64,000 nt of DNA from Laetmonice hystrix. Its lineage: Eukaryota. Under the pieces are notes generated by a model, which had not been told where the DNA came from, searched no databases, and was given only the letters and a program-made list of their open reading frames with translations. The DNA lies in assembly GCA_965235115.1 (NCBI GenBank), contig OZ249436.1, forward strand, positions 39,744,001 through 39,808,000, given 5' to 3'. Below, piece by piece: positions 25,033 through 36,964 of the stretch. Position numbers and translations under genes: made by a program. Numbering within the stretch: the stretch's first letter is position 1; each line of letters starts with the position of its first letter.

Positions 25033-25556
25033 TAAGGAAGAGATGCTGTCAAATTCTGAATGTCTGTCCCTTGTATGCATTTAACTGCAGCACACAACGT
25101 TGTTAAGTTAACGAGTTTCACACATGTTGGTACCAGTGCAACACTTCCATCCTGTTTGCTGGGTCATAGTTAATAATATTGCTCAAATCAATAGAAAAAT
25201 AGTGGAAACCCACCCTGAGCATGACATGTCATAATATTTATTGATTTATGACAATGCCCAGCTTTTAATTTCATGAGCAAGTATCTTAAAAATATAGAAT
25301 ATAATGAAGGAGATCTCTGATAATGACAGGACCATAAGAAGTGTGGATGCAGACTGGGTCAGTCACGAGTGAGTCGGGAAGAGGGTGCCAATACTGTGGC
25401 CAGACAAGTGCATGCATGGTAACTGATGGTCTATACTAGGTCAGTCGGATACCTCCCCGCCCAGCCTCCCTCCATCCCTCCGTTCTGATTCGTTCCACTC
25501 AATTAGAAAGCGATAAAGATTCTGTGAACTACGACACCCTAAGCAATGAACTGCAG

Positions 25557-26068
25557 ATTGGATATGCAAGAGTAAGTTTCTGTATATATACGAAAACTTT
25601 CTGTATTAAATACAAAAACTTTCTGTATTTAATACAAAAACTTTCTGTATTAAATACAAAAACTTTTTGTATTAAATACAAAAACTTTTTGTATTAAATA
25701 CAAAAACTTTTTGTATTAAATACAAAAACTTTCTGTATTAAATACAAAAACTTTCTGTATTAAATACAAAAACTTTCTGTATTAAATACAAAAACTTTCT
25801 GTATTAAATACAAAAACTTTCTGTATTAAATACAAAAAGTTTTTGTATTAAATACAAAAAGTTTTTGTATTTAATACAGAAAGTTTTGGTATATATACGA
25901 AAACTTTTTGTATTAAACACAAAAAGTTTTTGTATTAAATACAAGAAGTTTTTGTATTTAATACACGCACACACACAAGTTTGTGTGTGGGTGTGTACTG
26001 AGCTGTTTATTGCCCTACACCCACACATATATTTATGTGTGTGTGTATGTCACCACCAGACCATGGTA
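25557..26068 (-). repeat. Right long TIR with array of 22-bp palindromes
   Basis: Reverse complement of 16416-16905, 22 bp longer. Confidence 0.95.
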
Positions 26069-29000
26069 CAAAACAGAGAAAAAACACCGGTTTACAAGAT
26101 CGTCAATTACAATGAACTTAGGCTTGAGTCTTGGGGTGACTTGTCTTGACTTGACTTGCGCTTGAGATTTTTGTGTGAACCGCCAATGGCTTGAGACTAA
26201 AGCCAAAGTTAATTAAATTATAATTTGCCATTGCTGCTGAGCTGGGCCTTGGTCGGCCATCTCCTCTTAAGAAAAACATAGGGCCACACGAAAGACTCGC
26301 ACAGTTTTTATGTTCCTAAAAACTAAAGTGCTACAGACATCACAAAGGCACCTTTACTGATCTAGATATCACTGTGAATTGTATACGTGTCCGGGATAGG
26401 TTTTTCTGATAAATTCTCAGAAAGTAACATTTGGACAAATACTGACAATTTGAATCATGCGTTGCCCGTGATGACGTCAGCACGGGCGGGAGGGTGGGTC
26501 CTAGAGGGAAGGCGACTGGCAGACGGATAGCCGGGAGAATTGGTCACTTTGATCACGGATTACAGACAGTTCACGTTGTTGTACAACAACCATTCCTTTA
26601 CAGAACAACGACAAATTACAAGTATTATCGGGATCTGGTACAAAATTTCATGTTAATTGTGATGTCTCTACCAATTTAATGCTCACAAGGTCTTGTAGAC
26701 CAGAAAACGTTTACTCTGTGATACACTAAAATGGTCTGTCTACTTGTTTTTAAGCCAAACGCTCGTTATAAACTTGTTATGAATCCTTATTAGCTCTCCA
26801 GCCTAGTATTATATGTCGCTCCCTGATGAGAAAGCTGTAGGTTTTTCTCCTGTATCCGGCATTATCCTTATTATTTGTTACATTCCTGTCAATATCCAAC
26901 CTCCCCTGTCCCAGTGCTTTGTCACGCAATCGAGTCTTTTGATTCTCTCTGGCTATTAACTCCAATCTCAATGTCCTATACTCGGATGGTTTGTAGCATA
27001 TGAATTATGTAAGCCAGTTTCCTGGGTCGATCAGCAAACGTTAAAATGCGTGACGCCCTTATTGTTGGAGAAATTGAGGGGCCTCTTCATGTGGGTGGTG
27101 GTGGACATTATATTGGCCGGCTATCATGTACTTTTGAATTAAAGATTTCAGATAAGACATAACGTTTTCTAAGGGGATACATGCCTCTAATAATATGTAC
27201 ATAAGAAAAACAAGTTACATCTATACCTAATATTGTGACTGGAAAGACAATCTCTGTTACAGACTAGAATACACAAATATTGTTTGACCCACTGTGTTCT
27301 GAATTAAAGAATTATCTCGAGGCTAATAGCTTTACATGGCCGTGATAGAAAAACGAAATGCTTTCAAAGAATAGCGTTTTTATCGTGTAAACAATTCCAT
27401 TGGTCAGTTTTTAGCTGATAACAAAAAATCTGAATATTTTGAGTAGGTTTCTATGTTTTTAGTCATAAAAGAACTTACACCTATAGCGTTTTTACTCGTC
27501 GAAGTCTGTTGGGCCATTCGGAGGAGGAATATGATTGTGCGATTTATGAATCGTCTCTACGTGCTACTGCTAGGTGCATCCTTCTCTGACAGAACTAATT
27601 CCCCAAGAGTACATCGGGCAGTGATATAGTACAGATCGGCACGGTAGAAATCGGTTGACCTTAGCAACGGCCAAATCAGGCGCAACGGGCCAACGCCAGG
27701 TATGGAGAACGCCAGGGGCCCATCTGTCAACAGTGGTGAATATTACATAAGAGGAAAAGTGTTCGGCCGCCTCCACGACTACATAGGCCGTTAAATCTTC
27801 ATGAAAGTGCATTCAAAGAATCTGCTAACGTGACCCTGACGCTATGGGGTGATTTTTTTCTTCATGTTATGGCTTCATTTTTGTTACTACAGCAGCTACC
27901 CTTACTCCTCTGGGAGAAGAGTAGATGCTCGCGTTCACCTTTTGTTCTATAAATTCAGCCACTTTGTTGACCGGGTCTGATCTGGAAGAAACTGACCATG
28001 ATTATTACAATATTGTAACGTATCAGTTTCAGCGTGTGGAGCGCAGTTAGTGCGTGCAGATGACCAGTTATCAAGATGGACGACTTCAAAGTGAATGGCG
28101 GTAACGAGCACATCGCTACGAGTGTCTCCAGCGAGCTGGCACTAAATGAGCCTGCAGACTTCCCCCAGTGTCTGGGCACTGTCTCCGTCTTCTCCGCGCC
28201 CCTGACATACACATACATTTATCACCCCACAATGAGTATAATGTGAGCAGGACTGTCTATTTATAGGTTCGAATGTCTACTCATGAAACTATAGTCTGTT
28301 ACAGGTATCTATACTTTCGTCAAATAAGCTGTTCACGTGGACCTGGGAACCGTTGGATCACGTATCAATCGGAATTTGTTATCTGCCTGTACTGTAGTAG
28401 ATTTATAGTTACTGAAGGGTTGCCTTAATTAAAATCTGTCAGAGAGATTAATCTGAACCAGGGATATACCACGATTCTATTGACTCTTTCATTAGTTATA
28501 ATTATACTTTTATCTCCGGTCTTCTCGAAATTCGACCTGTTCAAAAGCTAAGATCTCTAATTAGGATTTTAGGGTACGGGGAACAGTGGGCCCCTATAAA
28601 CTTTGTAATGTTTAGGTTTTCGTAGAGGCAATAGCTCCCCTTAATGATTATATAGAGAGTTTTAAACCATGTATTACAATGACCTTAGTTCCCGACATAG
28701 CGTAGAAACCCCATTAATTACTTAAGGGATTCAATATTTAATTAGGAACATGAAATGATTTAATGATTTAATTTACTGTACATACAATAATACATGTCTA
28801 CATGGCTCAGAGGCCAACTAGTACTACATACTAAACGAAAGAGCTGGCTAAGTGGGGCTATTAAAATTCGCTCGATTTAACGACACATACAGAATAATGC
28901 TATATCCATCACCCCCCCCCCCGAAAAAGTCATCCATAGTCATTTAGTTTATAAAACAATGACACAAATGGCACAAGTACAAGTCTGACAATACCATAAA

Positions 29001-29306
29001 CCTGACCAAAAAACAGAAGCTGACCTCACCCTTTTCTGTTCGAATAAAGGAAATGTACAAAACTTTTGGATAGTCGTGTTCTATGTGGTGGACTTTTTAC
29101 ATTAGAATATAAATTCAAATATACGGCGACGCCAGCCCAGTGAAGCCTCTGCATGGATATCCATAGACGTGAGGCCTACCATTCAGACATTCTTGGGGGG
29201 GGGGGGGGGGATTATTCTTTACAACTTGAGGAAAATTGTAAGTTGAACTAGAGACAACTATGGACCACAGCATATCCCTCCCGTCTAATTTTGGTCATTA
29301 ACAATG

Positions 29307-30443
29307 TTTCAAAATAAAAAGTCAAGTATGTCATGACCAATTCTGACAAACTTAATACTACCATGGGCGTTCCACAGGGCTCTATTTTGGGCCCACTACT
29401 CTTTCTAATTTACATAAATGACTTACCCACAGTTGCAAAAAAACTAATCCCAATAATGTTCGCTGATGATAGCAGTTTCTTTAAATGTGGCCTTAATATA
29501 GATTCACTTATACATGATGCTAATGAAGACCTTAAAGCAATCTCATATTGGTTATCTGCCAATAAATTATCATTAAATGTGAATAAATCAAAGTATATGA
29601 TCTTTTCTAGCAGACGGCTCGCATTCAAGCCTCAACCTCCCCTTATTATAAATAACCAACCAATTGAAAGAGTCACTGGAATAAAATTCCTCGGATTCAA
29701 CCTGGATGAACAACTCAAGTGGAACGATCATATCACATATATATCCAAGAAAATAGCAAAAAACATCGGTGTTCTTCAAAAATTAAAATATCTTGTTGAC
29801 ACAAATACACTAATCAAGCTATACTACTCATTTATTCATTCCTATTTAACAAACGGAATCTCCACCTGGGGTAATACAAATAATAAAACAATAAACCAAC
29901 TTGTCATTCTACAGAAAAGAGCAATAAGAATAATTGGCAATTCAAAGAAGTTCGATCATACTGCCCCTTTATTCGTTAAATTTAATATTCTACCTATTTC
30001 TCAGCTCATTGATTACTCTGTATGTATCTACATGTTTAAGGTTCACCATGGTAAAGCTCCTCATGTTATTATAAAAATGTTTACTAAAAGGTATTTTATT
30101 TGTGAACGCCAAACAAGACAGTCTAGACATTTTCATATTCCATTTGTAAAAAAAGAACAAGCCAGAAAGAGTATTTATTGTTATGGTCCTTCATTGTTTA
30201 ATGATATATGTATTGATTTAAATCTGAACTGTTCTATCCATTCATTTAAAAGAGGTGTAAAAAATGTAATTCTCTCTAACATGATTTCCGATAATTGATT
30301 AATTTATCTAACATTGTTGTCCAGAGGCTCATGCCACATTTTGTTACTCAGTTTGTTTGGAGCTAAAATAAGCTAAATAGCTTTATTGCTCCCATACTTA
30401 CTATGTACTATGTATTCTTTAAGCATGTGGACAATAAACAATA
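29307..30443 (+). mobile_element. 5'-truncated non-LTR retrotransposon (CR1 group: Crack/Daphne/L2-like)
   Basis: RT ORF, ~135-nt 3' UTR and (CAATAAA)2 tail. AACAATG directly repeated at 29300-29306 and 30444-30450 (probable TSD). Confidence 0.9.
29333..30298 (+). CDS. LINE ORF2 C-terminal half: reverse transcriptase plus C-terminal domain (truncated, probably non-functional)
   Basis: Motifs GVPQGSILGPLLFLIYINDLP, FADD, WLSANKLSLNVNKSK, KFLG, LQKRAIRII and HTAPLF; 321 codons without a stop. The endonuclease and N-terminal RT subdomains are absent. Confidence 0.93.
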   Translation: MTNSDKLNTTMGVPQGSILGPLLFLIYINDLPTVAKKLIPIMFADDSSFFKCGLNIDSLIHDANEDLKAISYWLSANKLSLNVNKSKYMIFSSRRLAFKPQPPLIINNQPIERVTGIKFLGFNLDEQLKWNDHITYISKKIAKNIGVLQKLKYLVDTNTLIKLYYSFIHSYLTNGISTWGNTNNKTINQLVILQKRAIRIIGNSKKFDHTAPLFVKFNILPISQLIDYSVCIYMFKVHHGKAPHVIIKMFTKRYFICERQTRQSRHFHIPFVKKEQARKSIYCYGPSLFNDICIDLNLNCSIHSFKRGVKNVILSNMISDN

Positions 30444-30447
30444 AACA

Positions 30448-31540
30448 ATGGTGTCAAGCGAAAGAGCATATGATTTCCTATTTGACTACAATAGTAACAT
30501 GTACCCAACTCTCACCGTTTTCGAGTTAAAATCACATGACGTGTCTAGGTCAGGTACGTCATGGCCAATGGTATCCGTCGAAAGATCAACTATGATTTTC
30601 TATTGGCTTTCAAAAGTAACTATGGCCTTATCTTACACCGTTTATGAGTTAGAACCCTTAGAAAATAGCGATGATGTAATTATGGTGTCATACCTGACGT
30701 TACGTCATAAATCTTGGTGTCAATCGCAAGAACATCTATGACTTTCTATTAGTGTTCTATAGTAACTAGAACCCTATCTTGCACAGTTTAAACTATCAGA
30801 AACTGTCGTTGTCTGTTCAGCATTCACCCGACAAGCGTTCTTTCAAACTTGCTTTGCGCAAATGAATGTTCTGTTTCGTTTCGATAGCCTGTTATAACCT
30901 AAATAAATGTATACTAAATTATGTTCATCGCCATTATGTATAATACATGTATTGTCATTTGTCCCGCACTCGCTGCACCGATACTCTTTGTTGACTTGCA
31001 CATCTGCCTGTATGTGTATATATTTGTAACTGTATGTACCTACTTGGAAGATCAGGGTGTATCCCTGAAAGTGGTATTTGAAAAAAAAAAATAAAAAAAA
31101 AAATAAAAAAAATTATGACGCCATAGTTTACATTAAGCTACGTCAGAAATGTTAGTGCCAATGGATAGAGCATTGTGACTTCCTATGCATGTTCAATAGT
31201 AACTATGGCTCTATCTTGCACGGTTTACGGGTTATAAGCCTGAAAAGATGCCAATGACGGCCTTATGATGTATGACGTCAAGCTACGTAATATTATCTTG
31301 TTGTCAATCAAAAGAGCATGGATGACTTCCTAGTCATGTTCAATAGTAAAAATGGCTCCACCTTGCACCGTTTACACGTTATAATCATTAGAAGATGCCC
31401 ATGACGTCATTATGAAGTATCACTGTATGACGTCACGCAACGTCATAAATCTGGTGTCAATCGAAAGAGTACTTTCTATTTGAGTTCAATAGTAACTATA
31501 CGTCTCTGTGGCACCATTTTCAAGTTACAGACACTTTTAT
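30448..31540 (+). repeat. ~146-bp satellite array (HINE-internal family), interrupted
   Basis: tggtgtcaatcgaaagagc..gacttcctat..ttcaatagtaactatggc..tatcttgcac recurs; atagtaa at 30490, 30759, 31196, 31343 and 31489. Confidence 0.88.
30790..31112 (+). mobile_element. Short LINE 3'-end fragment with A-rich tail
   Basis: Reads KLSLSVQHSPDKRSFKLALRK* (like the ..S..SFK..LK end of CR1-group ORF2), then an AT-rich UTR and an (A)nT tail at 31081-31112. It interrupts the satellite. Confidence 0.6.
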
Positions 31541-34487
31541 GGAAACGCGTCAGGGTGGACAACTTCAACGTCACAGTGCTTGAATCCCTACCAAGCCTGT
31601 TGACTCCCACCCCACCCACGGAGAGGTCCTGTAGTTAATAGCGCTGATCAGCAGAGGCTAAAATTACTAAAAATAGTACAAAGTAGGACAGACAGTACAG
31701 GTGAATAAATAGTGTTTGTCCTACCGATGACATCTTCACTGACAAATGCTATTCAGGCTGGACTTGTCAAAGATTGTGGGGTGTAAAAAGTTTTAAGCGA
31801 TTTTTGAACTGTGATGTAGTTCTCATAGAGGTCAAAGGTCAAATGAGCATTCAAATCTATTAAGATATGAGCCCCGAGCCTAGATCTATCATTAATTCTG
31901 GGCTACCCCTTCCAGGGGCTCCAATATTCGTGCCCCTTTTCTGAACATTTTGACGTCAATTAACCAGTGACGTCACGTCAGACTACTACGCATGTAATAA
32001 TAGGGAAGTCTAAACCATAAAAAACAAGGTTCCTTCCCCTTTAGGGGGAAGAAATAATAACTGATATTGATGCCAAGTCATTTGCCAATACCCATGAGGT
32101 ATGATAGCATTTGGTGTAGACCATGTGTAGGCTACATAGTGCCCTGGAGGAATCGTTGTTGTGGATGCGTAACGTTACGTCAAGGCAACTGTCACGTCCT
32201 CGCCTGATTCCTTTGTCATCTAGACGTGCGCACCGACTGTATCCCAATCAACGGACGCCACGGTATTTACTGCACGTCTCTGACATTTGACCCCTGATTG
32301 CCGCATGTGACCCCATGCTTCCTGTAGGCCAGCGTGGCCATCACTCTCCACGTGTGCCTTTCAGGACGGTCACTAGTTTGTTCGGTACCCTCTAGTTCTC
32401 CACGTACGTTTGATATCTAACATGTTTGTACCTGCATGGAGGTTACATGTTAATACTTCTGCAACACTTTTCTCTATTCCTTTGATTCCGGACTTCTTCA
32501 TCTATAATAAAGAATTAGTAGTTTAATTACCTCAAGTAATTGTTGCGGCGCCTGTCTATTTTGAGTTGTTTAATTACATGATGTCGCCCGAGGGTTCTCC
32601 TCTAGGGTTGTGGGCCTGCAGCAAGTCCATAAACCTGAAAACTCGCGCATTCCCATGTTCTAACTTTGATGGGACATTTAGAGTTTGGTATGACAGCGCC
32701 CTGTTGTTGCGACTGCTGTTGCTTAGCAATGGGACATACACTCGGGCCGTGTTGGAGATGCCAGGGCGCTGCGTGTCAGGGCCTCTGTGGCGGCCAAGGC
32801 AGGCAGTCTCATCTAGCTAATGATTGTCCTTGACCGTGTTTGCTTCGACAGCTCACAAGCTATTGTCGCCCCATCGATCCCCCAGCCACCACGGTCGTCA
32901 TTTCCGTTCGGCGAGGCACGCCTGATTGATGGCAATACTTCTGTCTGGCCGCCACGCCCCCTATTCTCTCCTGTCTTCCGGCCATTCGAAAGCAGGCCGA
33001 CAATTTGCCATCGATGTCCTGCGCGTTTGCCCCCTCTCCCTGTTCCTCACTTAAAGGCACAATGTAGGTGGCATCATCGTGGGGGTACTCTGGCTTCCAT
33101 CTCCCCGACCCAGCCCTGATTTTAGTTCAACCTGTAAAATATCCAGTTTCCTATTCCGGTCGATCCCCTAGTGATTGAAGTCAGTGCTCACATTTATCGA
33201 CATATTGCCACTTAAAAAGGGCAAAAAGTCACGTTACGTTACACGGGGAGGGAGCCCATGGCTGCTACTTCCGCTACCACTTCCGCTCCGACAAGTGACC
33301 CCGGAAACTAAAGCGTCAGTCTTAGGTTTGTCGACTAAAGTATTTCTATTACCAACGGTATTTACCCATGGACCGGTAAAACCACGCTGATTTATGAAAC
33401 TCGCTTCCGCTGACCCATCCATGGCCCCTTACCGACCACAGTGACCAAATGATAGCATTGTTTTACCTGCCCGAGGCACCATACCATTCTCATCCCAGTC
33501 TCCGGTCAGCGATGTTGCCTTCTCTGCCACATTTGCTCTGATCACCTGGTAGTCAGACCACTTTCAGTACTGCTGAGGCCGGCTATAATACATGTTGTCA
33601 GTATGCAGCAGCTGTAATATGTATATGCCCGACAGAAGCCTATACCCATCGATTGTTCTCTCCAATGGCTTCTCGGAAAACATCCACCTGACCGCGCCGG
33701 CAGGTGAAATGAAGTTCGTTATGCAGGGGTGAGGTGCGTGCGCTGGTTTTCAGTTACACATAGCTTCATATGACAAAACCAACACAAGAGCACCCATTCT
33801 TGATGCAACCATTATTCACGGCACACCTTATAAGGAAAGAGGCACTGTTATTGCATGACGTATAGGCTATATTATTTACAACTATGGACTGAGAAGATAT
33901 CCATTACATAATCATAAACTATGAGCATCGTAAAGTTAGGAGAAGACTTCATCTATAGGCCATGCACTGTCTCCTGTGAGACTATCCATCACATAATATA
34001 CACTCCGGTATAGCCTATATCACATGAGGCACAGGAACTCAGCCGAGGTCTGGGTAAATTAAACGTGTAAAAACACATCTCTTGTTTTTATTATAGCCTT
34101 GTTATATAATGTTTAAGGAACAAGTCGAGTCGCGACTACGGAAGCCCACGAGTACCATGTAAGGTTAAAGAGTTTTGATTCATTAAGTTTTTATTCATCC
34201 AGGTTGTCACTTAGAACCCGTCACACAAAGATCGTCCTACAATCAACAACGCACTCTCACTTTTGATGACCTAATTGATGAGTCCGACACTGGACTATAA
34301 TCCCCGTACTAGCCCTTAGCCCATTGCCCCCCCCCCTTCACGAACAGCCAGGGGTTGAGCTGAGGACCAATCTTACCCCTAATCCCCAAGGGGAAGTCCA
34401 CTTTAAGGGGGTTCGATGTGTAAAACAGCATTGGGAGTTTTACAATGTGAGTTGGGTGACTGAAGATTAATTATTGAATTAAATCGA

Positions 34488-35200
34488 TTTTTTTTTATTA
34501 ATTTATTTATCCAGGCAATACACTGTTCATCCTACAGGGGTTGATCTTCCACAGCAGTAGTTTTCATCGTACACATATACAGTATAATCAAAATTACGTA
34601 AGTCAATCAAAAAGAAGAAGAAAAAACAACAACAACAAATTGTTACCTTTAACTTAGAATTGATTATAAAAAGGCCCAAAACGTGATCCCTTTCTTGTTG
34701 TTACTGCATGATCGACCCAAGCTGTTCTTGAACACTTAGTAATCCACATGGTCCATTATTGTTTATGCACCAGCCCGAAGTATGGAGTTCAACCCCCATG
34801 CTTGCCGTTCCCCACACGTCTATGTATTTCTTTCCATTGATATTTTCTTATACATCAAGAACAATTTGTAATTTCTTTCAGTGGTGCTCATGGGAGAATC
34901 ATAGACGTTTGAGCAACATCTACATGTGTGCTGCTTTACATGGTTTTTGAACAAGACTTATGATTACAGAGTCCTAGGAGAATGTCAATTTAACATCCAG
35001 ATATGCCATACGTTACAATTTCATCATACAAACGAGGATATCATTGATCAGGATTCAGGAGCTGTGTGGGTGTAATGCAGCACACCACATCCCGACATCC
35101 AACTAATCTTATTACATACAAGAATATATTCTCGATAGTTCAGGACTGGAATTCAAGACGCCTTGAGGGCGTTCTACGAAGTATAATGTAGTTCCCACGA
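34488..35200 (-). mobile_element. Decayed LINE 3' region
   Basis: Minus strand ends ggaagatc...aataaattaataaaaaaaa, like the 31045-31112 end. VCNKIS-like remnant near 35100-35120. Confidence 0.35.
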
Positions 35201-36644
35201 TTTTATACAGCTGTCAGTCACCAATGCCACGCCGTTGATGAATAATATATGATGGTCCACTGAAATGTCGACATCATTTTGCTACTTTGGGGCGTGCGGA
35301 ACAGATAGCACTTGTGCCAATGGATAGCACTGAAGATGAAGCGCCTGACCAGTAATGTCCAACAAGGTTGACGTTATGGAATCGGTGGCTCCACATTGTC
35401 CGAGAGGACATATTACCCGTTTTCTGGGCGGCGATGATGGATTCCCGTTGACATGCCAACTGGTCGCTCGGTCGCCTTGTCACCGGAACCGGCCGGCCTC
35501 ATGCTGGACGCGACTTCCGACTCGACTCCATGCATCACTTGGCCTGTCGCGACACTGCCGTCGGCGGCGGCACAATATAACCCCATTGATGTTTCTATTA
35601 GGCCCGTGTAACCTTATATTTTCCTATCATAGTCCAGCTTTTATTTTTCCGCACGTCCTTCCAAAGGCGAGCATGTTTCAAAGCGATGTGACCCGTTCCA
35701 GTGATAGAAATTGACAACAAAGCACGCTTGTGGGACGTATGCATACGCAGCCTTCCGAATATAAGCTTAACAAAATTCAACACCCTTTTATTACGGCCCA
35801 AAGAGCCCCTAAAGGGGGGGGGGCACATTTTGGCCATGTAAAAAAACTGCACCGCGACCAAAAACGTTCGCGCAATAATTATACGAATAATTATTTAAAT
35901 GACCGTAAAAATAATCGCGACCGTAATGACGTTGGTCCTATACCGGTCTGTAAACCTACTGGTCATACCGACAGCTTTACATGTCATATTACACGGCTCT
36001 CCTACAGTAGAACTTAGTCTGACACCTGATAAAGGAAACCTTGGGTGACTTGATACGAACTTAATATAACCATGACATTGGGTTCGAACCCCTCAAAAAG
36101 TTGTTTTTCTTGCATAGTTTATGATATGTGGACAAAGAGGCTAAACCTGATGTGAAACTGGTTTAGCCCCCTCGGGGCATTTAACATGACATCGCATGTC
36201 ATCTAATTACATTTGACATACCAATTTGCTTCCGCGACAGAATAACAAAACTGTCTCACTCCGGAGATTAGGAAGTTGGTATAGCTGGAATATCAAGTGA
36301 CAAGTGTATCATATTATGTGACCACAAACTGACACGGAACATCCGATTGAAACGCCAAGACTATTTAATTTCTAAACTGCCACATGGTCACTCTATATCA
36401 TTCATATTGTCACGACTTTACCTGCTCCATGCACACCTGCGGGGACACCTGTCTGAGAACTTAACACATTTTTATGGCCACCGTAGGTTTTACTTGGTAA
36501 TTACATTATCGTCTCCAGACAGGTAGAAAGTACTCATCAATAAACTAATTTCCAAACTCATATATATATATTATATGCACTCGTTGACCTGGAGGGTTCA
36601 AGGTTATATAGGCCTAGATATGCATCAATCAGACTTCACAAGGC

Positions 36645-36964
36645 CGGGGGTCGGGCCGACGGGCGGTCCGACGGGCGGGCCGACTGTCGGGCCGACGGGT
36701 GGTCCGACGGGCGGTCCGACGGGCGGGCCGACGGGCGGGCCGATCGGGCAGACAGGCGGGCCGGTCGGGCAGGTCTGGCGGGCAGGTCGGACCGACGGGT
36801 GGGCCGACGGTCCGGCCGACGGGTGGTCCGACGGGCGCGCAGACAGGCGGTCCGACGGGCGGGCCCACGGGTGGGCCGACGGTCCGGCCGACGGGTGGGC
36901 CGATCGGGCAGACAGGCGGGCCGGTCGGGCAGGTCTGGCGGGCAGGTCGGACCGACGGGTGGGC
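36645..36964. repeat. 12-bp very GC-rich minisatellite (CCGACGGGYGGN) with higher-order duplication
   Basis: A ~67-bp block gggccgatcgggcagacagg...ccgacgggtgggc occurs at ~36738 and ~36897. Confidence 0.92.

Larger units (their letters stand above)
16416..26068. mobile_element. 9.65-kb non-autonomous TIR element, IS3EU-like signature
   Basis: CAAAAC|TACCATGGTCTGGTGGTGAC ... GTCACCACCAGACCATGGTA|CAAAAC. Arms 16416-16905 and 25557-26068; 6-bp direct flank; TAY..RTA termini. Confidence 0.75.
29246..32060 (-). mobile_element. Probable HINE/Helentron-associated element hosting two LINE insertions
   Basis: Left end AACTAGAG + imperfect palindrome ctatggaccacag + tccctccc. Right end hairpin ttccttcccc-ttta-gggggaagaa + ATAATAA. 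Internal ~146-bp satellite; gaggtcaaaggtcaaatg shared with 38942-42238. Confidence 0.55.

Noticed and set aside
16416..26068. Polinton/Maverick assignment (long TIRs, 6-bp TSD)
   Set aside because: Ends are TAC..GTA rather than AG..CT, and there is no pPolB, integrase, ATPase or capsid ORF.
28076..28246. Short ORF MDDFKVNGGNEHIATSVSSEL.. with good Kozak context
   Set aside because: Under 60 aa, with no convincing splice donor and no recognisable homology.
36078..36093. GGTTCGAACCC B-box suggesting a tRNA
   Set aside because: No A box or cloverleaf around it.
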